Shown here: piece after piece, positions 28,734 to 32,889 of the stretch
Layout: every line of letters starts with the position of its first letter
Numbering within the stretch: position 1 is the first letter of the stretch
NCBI GenBank assembly: GCA_003566395.1
Contig: PXDL01000065.1
Span: forward strand, 1-32,889
DNA length: 32,889 nt
Source of the DNA: Balneolia bacterium
Lineage (GTDB): Bacteria > Bacteroidota > Rhodothermia > Balneolales > Cyclonatronaceae
Reading direction: 5' to 3'
Notes under the pieces: model-generated
Seen by the model: only the letters and a program-made list of their open reading frames with translations
What the model was told of the DNA's origin: nothing
Databases searched by the model: none
Translations under genes and position numbers: made by a program

Positions 28734-29785
28734 GTTGTGGTGCCTCCGCAACTGCTTCCCGCCCCGGCCGTGCAGCCGAAACAGTGCTGATTCACTCTGA
28801 TTTCGCGGTTTAACAGAGCTTCAGGGTCGAAATCGCTGATATGCCGGGATTCTTCGGTTTCAACCGGAATTTCGAGCATCTGATTAAAGTCGCAATCGTA
28901 GAGGGTGCCGTTCCAGCTTACAGAAATAGTATTGCGGCACATCACACCTTCAGCCGCCGCAGGGTTGTAGGCCCTGACGAGCTTTTCCATATAATCGTCA
29001 AGATTACCGGACTTTACCAAAAACTCCAGATACCGGCTTATAGGCAGGTTGGTGATGGTAAAAAGCTCATTAAACTCAATGCCGTGTTTGCGCATCAGGT
29101 TGTTTTTGAAATCGGCTTCCAGAGCCTTTTGATCGCCGGGAAGAAAAGCACCGGCGGGATTATATACCAAATTTAGAACAAGGCCGGTGCCTTCTTTACC
29201 ATATCCGATTTCATTCAGTTTGTGAAGCGCTTCAATGGAGCGGTCGTAGGTACCCTCACCGCGCTGTTTGTCGGTGGTGTATTTGTTGTAAAAGGGAAGA
29301 GAGCAGGTAACTTCCACCCCGTGCTTCTTGAAAAACTCCGGGAAGGCGCGGAATTTTGGGTTGGTCACCAGAATGGTGAGGTTAGACCGGACGATGACCG
29401 TTCGCCCCGGTTTGCTGATGCGTTCCACCAGCCACCGGAAATCGGGATGCATTTCCGGGGCGCCACCGGTCAGGTCCACCGTTTCGGCATCCAGGGCTTC
29501 AATGGCCTGAATGCAATATTCCAGATTTTCGCGAGACATTTTCTCCTTACGGTCCGGACCTGCATCCACGTGGCAATGTTTGCAGGTCATATTACACATA
29601 TACCCGAGGTTGATCTGGAAAATATCGATGCCTGTCGGCTTTAGCGGAGACAGTCCGCTCTGCTCCAGCATCTGATCAAAACGGGGGAGCGTACACAGTA
29701 CAGGTGAGTGATTGTTGATCACTCTTAGTTGTTCGGCAGGATCTTTTAGAGCGTGTGAGCGTGAAGTGAGAGAGGTTACATCCAT
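28730..29785 (-). CDS. arsS: Radical SAM protein ArsS (arsenosugar biosynthesis / Cys-rich TIGR04167-like family)
   Basis: CNMTCKHC (CxxxCxxC) followed by HVDAGP; also DLTGGAPE, LVYNP, MCR..ISV.W.G.LYDCDFNQML and HCFGCTAGAGSSCGG. Confidence 0.92.
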   Translation of the reverse strand: MDVTSLTSRSHALKDPAEQLRVINNHSPVLCTLPRFDQMLEQSGLSPLKPTGIDIFQINLGYMCNMTCKHCHVDAGPDRKEKMSRENLEYCIQAIEALDAETVDLTGGAPEMHPDFRWLVERISKPGRTVIVRSNLTILVTNPKFRAFPEFFKKHGVEVTCSLPFYNKYTTDKQRGEGTYDRSIEALHKLNEIGYGKEGTGLVLNLVYNPAGAFLPGDQKALEADFKNNLMRKHGIEFNELFTITNLPISRYLEFLVKSGNLDDYMEKLVRAYNPAAAEGVMCRNTISVSWNGTLYDCDFNQMLEIPVETEESRHISDFDPEALLNREIRVNQHCFGCTAGAGSSCGGTTT

Positions 29786-30120
29786 TACATTCCCAGGCGT
29801 TTGGTTTTATTCATCATTTGCACCCCGTGAACGAGTGTGGCCCCTCCGCGGATAGCGCAGGCAACGTGCACGGCTTCCATCATCTGTGTTTCATTTGCCC
29901 CTTTTTCAAGGGATGCTTCGGTATAGGCATCGATGCAGTACGGACACTGAACCGTATGCGCTACGGCCAGAGCAATAAGTGCTTTCTCCCGGGCCGTGAG
30001 TTCGCCTTCCTCAAAAACCTGATTATAATAGTCGAAAAACTTTTCGCCGAGTACAGGCTCGAAATCACCAATATCGCCGAATTTGGCAAGGTCTTTTGAA
30101 TCGTAATAAGAGTTTTGCAT
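29785..30120 (-). CDS. AhpD/carboxymuconolactone-decarboxylase-like protein associated with ArsS
   Basis: Motifs REKALIALAVAH, QCPYCIDAY, EAVHVA and GGATLVHG. TAATG overlap with arsS. Confidence 0.9.
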   Translation of the reverse strand: MQNSYYDSKDLAKFGDIGDFEPVLGEKFFDYYNQVFEEGELTAREKALIALAVAHTVQCPYCIDAYTEASLEKGANETQMMEAVHVACAIRGGATLVHGVQMMNKTKRLGM

Positions 30121-30364
30121 ACTGAATATGTGTAAGGTTTATGTAAGGGTTATTGATGCACCTTTAACGTACATTACAGGGTCGCCATTCATTGTCATAT
30201 ATCAGACATTTCCGCGCGCATGTGTTACTCGTGATGCTTCGAAACAGTTCCGCTTCACCGGCCGTTAGGTATCGGGCTTTTTCAGGTGTAAAGTATATAG
30301 CCGAAAAAACGATGCCGGACGGAGAGTAATTTTCCTCATAAGTAGTAATATGAACGGCAATTTG

Positions 30365-30372
30365 TATATTTG
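30365..30372 (+). promoter_or_regulatory. TATATTTG -7 element upstream of the outer-membrane protein gene
   Basis: TAnnTTTG match 59 nt upstream of ATG 30432. Confidence 0.6.
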
Positions 30373-30431
30373 GCGACGAAAAAAATCACAGGATAAATTA
30401 ATCATCTATCATTTAACTTAGCATAAAATAC

Positions 30432-30923
30432 ATGAATACATCTCATTTGACAGGTTTTTTGGTCGCTGTCATTCTAATAGCAGCCACGGCTGTTCTTCCG
30501 ACTCAACATGCCGAAGCTCAAAATCAAAGCGGCGGAAATTTCGGTATCGGGGTCATTCTCGGTGAACCGACCGGTATAACACCCAAAATATGGGTAAGCG
30601 GTTCTACCTCTTTTGCTGCCGGTGTTGCCTGGTCGTTCAGCGGCAATAATACCATGCACTTACATCTGGATTACCAGCAGCATAATTTTAATTTAATTCG
30701 TGTTGAAAAGGGAACCATGAGCCTGTATTACGGTATCGGCGGGCGCATCCTTTTTCGTGAAAACAGAGACGACAAAGTCGGTATTCGTTTCCCGCTCGGG
30801 TTAAACTACCAGTTTGCCGATGCACCTATAGAGCTGTTTATGGAAGTAGCTCCGGTGCTTGATCTTGCGCCTTCCACCGATTTTTCTGCCAACGGCGGTA
30901 TCGGATTCCGTTATTTTTTCTGA
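30432..30923 (+). CDS. Small outer-membrane beta-barrel protein
   Basis: Signal peptide (AEA cleavage site), GIGVILGEPTG, alternating beta strands, and C-terminal GIGFRYFF beta-signal. Confidence 0.82.
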   Translation: MNTSHLTGFLVAVILIAATAVLPTQHAEAQNQSGGNFGIGVILGEPTGITPKIWVSGSTSFAAGVAWSFSGNNTMHLHLDYQQHNFNLIRVEKGTMSLYYGIGGRILFRENRDDKVGIRFPLGLNYQFADAPIELFMEVAPVLDLAPSTDFSANGGIGFRYFF

Positions 30924-31010
30924 TTAAAATCTGAAAGCTAGTTCCATGGCATAAACAAAGGCGATGCAATAAAATCAGGAAGGACTTCGCCTTTGTTAAC
31001 GTTTTCGCAT

Positions 31011-31047
31011 AAAAAAAACCGCTCCGGAAATCCGAAGCGGTTTTTTT
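31011..31047. terminator. Bidirectional terminator between the convergent OMP gene and mscS
   Basis: A8-CCGCTCCGGA-AA-TCCGAAGCGG-T7. Confidence 0.9.
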
Positions 31048-31071
31048 ATGCTTATTAAATTCAGCCTGACT

Positions 31072-31887
31072 TTAGTCCTTCTGCTGATATAGGTGAACAT
31101 CGCGCTGTGGAAACGGGATGCTTAGTCCTTCTTTGTCGAAGGTCTTATAAACCTGTTCGTTCATTTTGAAGAAGACGCCCCAGAAATCACTTGCGTTTAC
31201 CCATGCACGAACTGTGAAATCCACGGAGCTGTCGCCCAGTTCCTTAATTGCTATAAACGGAGCCGGATCTTTGAGAATACGTTCATCGGCGGCTATAAGG
31301 CGATTCAGCACTTCATAAGCTTTGTCGGCATCATCGCCGTAAGCAATACCGAAGGTCCAGTCCACACGCCGGGTGGGCATAATGGAAAAATTGGTAACGG
31401 TGCCGGTTGAGAGTGGGCCGTTGGGAATAATCACAATCTTGTTGTCGGGAGTGTTAAGATAGGTTTTGAAGATGTGAATCTCCTTAACCGTTCCCATATA
31501 ACCCTGGGCGTCGATAAAATGGCCTACCCTGAAAGGACGGAACAACAGAATCATGACACCGCCTGCAAAGTTCTGCAAGGTCCCGGAAAGGGCCAGACCC
31601 ACGGCAAGGCCGGCGGCACCAAGAATGGCGATGAAGCTCGTCATTTCGACGCCGAGCATGCTCAGTGCCGTAATGTAAACCATTATTTTTAGTAAAACGG
31701 AAGCAAAATCTGCCAGAAATGTGCGAAGTGTAGCTTCGGTTTCGCTTTTCTCGAGACCTTTTCTGATACCGGAAACAATGAATTTTACTATCCAAAGACC
31801 GACAACGAGCGTAACTATGGCCCAGACCAAATTCATGCCGTACTGAACCACAATATCGGTGAGCATTTCCTGATTTATATCAAACAT
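31072..31887 (-). CDS. mscS: Small-conductance mechanosensitive channel
   Basis: Motifs GAAGLAVGLALSGTLQNFAGG, FRPFRVG, IIPN, RRVD and IPFPQRDVH. Confidence 0.95.
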   Translation of the reverse strand: MFDINQEMLTDIVVQYGMNLVWAIVTLVVGLWIVKFIVSGIRKGLEKSETEATLRTFLADFASVLLKIMVYITALSMLGVEMTSFIAILGAAGLAVGLALSGTLQNFAGGVMILLFRPFRVGHFIDAQGYMGTVKEIHIFKTYLNTPDNKIVIIPNGPLSTGTVTNFSIMPTRRVDWTFGIAYGDDADKAYEVLNRLIAADERILKDPAPFIAIKELGDSSVDFTVRAWVNASDFWGVFFKMNEQVYKTFDKEGLSIPFPQRDVHLYQQKD

Positions 31888-32283
31888 AGAGGTTTAGTTT
31901 AAGTTAGAGTAGATATTCTTCTTGATGGTTTGATAAATACACCAATTCGCCGATTGTTTGCCGCAGGTTAGCGTTAAACATGTCTCACAGCTTTATCAAA
32001 CCTTGTAATAATAATATGGACTGAAAATACTGGTTTTTTGAAAGATGCCAAATGGAAGAGGCATTAAAGAGAGCACCAACGCAACCGGCAGGGTTCAGCG
32101 TTCAACGTCAGATCTGTAGTGGAACTTTAGCGAGTCCGGGTGACTCCTTTAGTGGTAAAGCACATGCGAAGCGAATGGGTTATTAGGAATACCTTCTTTT
32201 GAAAAGAACTATTTTGGAGGGATATTTTTTAGGAAAAGATGATATAACCCGACAATCGGAATCTTTTAACTACGGCTACCTAA

Positions 32284-32889
32284 ATGAATTCATATAAAAA
32301 TACAACCGCACTCGTAACCGGAGCATCCTCCGGCATCGGCCGGCAGATAAGTATCGACCTTGCTGCACGAGGCGCAAGGCCCGTGCTGGTTGCCCGCAGG
32401 AAAGAACGGCTTGATGAGCTCGCAGCTGAAATAAAGCAAAAATTCGATATCACGGCCGTTATAATGGTCAGCGACCTCACCGGGGCCGGGGCTTGCGAAT
32501 CCTTGTTCGGGCAAACCAAAGAGGCCGGGCTGCATATAGATGTGCTTGTAAACAATGCCGGATTCGGGTATCAGGGCAGGTTCACCAATAAACCTGCATC
32601 ATTTTACCGGCAGATGACAACCCTGAATGTAACCGTAGTTACCGAGCTGACGGCCTGCTTCCTGCCCGCTATGCTTGAAAGGGGAAAGGGTGGAATTCTG
32701 AACGTGGCTTCTATGGCGGGAATTAAGCCGGTGCCTTATTTCTCAGTGTATGCAGCTTCAAAAAGTTATGTTAACAGTTTCAGCTGTTCGCTTTGGCATG
32801 AGCTGAAAGGAACCGGTGTGCATGTTACTTCGCTCTGCCCCGGGCCTGTGGAGACCGAGTTTTTCAAAGTGGCCGAAGCGAGTTCCGAA
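32284..32889 (+). CDS. Short-chain dehydrogenase/reductase (3' truncated; absent from the ORF track)
   Basis: Translated by hand from ATG 32284: MNSYKNTTALVTGASSGIG..VARRKERL..NNAG..NVAS..YAASK. The frame is open to the window end. Confidence 0.93.
   Translation, partial: MNSYKNTTALVTGASSGIGRQISIDLAARGARPVLVARRKERLDELAAEIKQKFDITAVIMVSDLTGAGACESLFGQTKEAGLHIDVLVNNAGFGYQGRFTNKPASFYRQMTTLNVTVVTELTACFLPAMLERGKGGILNVASMAGIKPVPYFSVYAASKSYVNSFSCSLWHELKGTGVHVTSLCPGPVETEFFKVAEASSE

Noticed and set aside
28730-28760. Selenocysteine read-through in ArsS
   Set aside because: The position that is Sec in some homologues is Cys here (GSSCGG). The TGA follows the family's normal end and overlaps the next gene's GTG.
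30131-30148. TGTAAGG direct repeat with 11-nt period upstream of the ars operon
   Set aside because: It lies within 30 nt of the start codon and resembles the ordinary A/C-rich leaders seen elsewhere (for example 21241), so it is too weak to call an operator.
30954-30997. 11-bp inverted repeat AACAAAGGCGA/TCGCCTTTGTT
   Set aside because: It has a large loop and sits next to a clear bidirectional terminator; probably an ancillary 3' UTR structure.

Overview
This is a bacterial chromosomal window. Repeated TAnnTTTG promoter boxes, A/C-rich leaders that mostly lack a Shine-Dalgarno (SD) site, and a murF-less dcw order suggest an FCB-group organism such as Balneolota/Rhodothermota (inference). 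Positions 1-11.9 kb hold a dcw cluster (partial ftsI, murE, mraY, murD, ftsW, murG, murC, ftsQ, ftsA, ftsZ). The accessory region that follows is mostly on the minus strand: a PAP2 phosphatase, an etfB-etfA-fixC-fixX operon, a hypothetical protein, an AlkD-like repair protein, two acyl-CoA dehydrogenases, two small membrane proteins, a secreted erythromycin-esterase-family protein, a DsbD-N/redoxin pair, a Tat-type alkaline phosphatase, a four-gene ArsS radical-SAM (arsenosugar-type) operon with no adjacent arsM, an outer-membrane beta-barrel, mscS and a partial SDR. Non-coding highlights are two diverged copies of a REP/MITE-like element, promoters that imply leaderless mRNAs, and SD motifs concentrated at overlapping gene junctions. 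No rRNA, tRNA, CRISPR array or transposase was seen. All family calls come from motif recognition by eye, not database searches.
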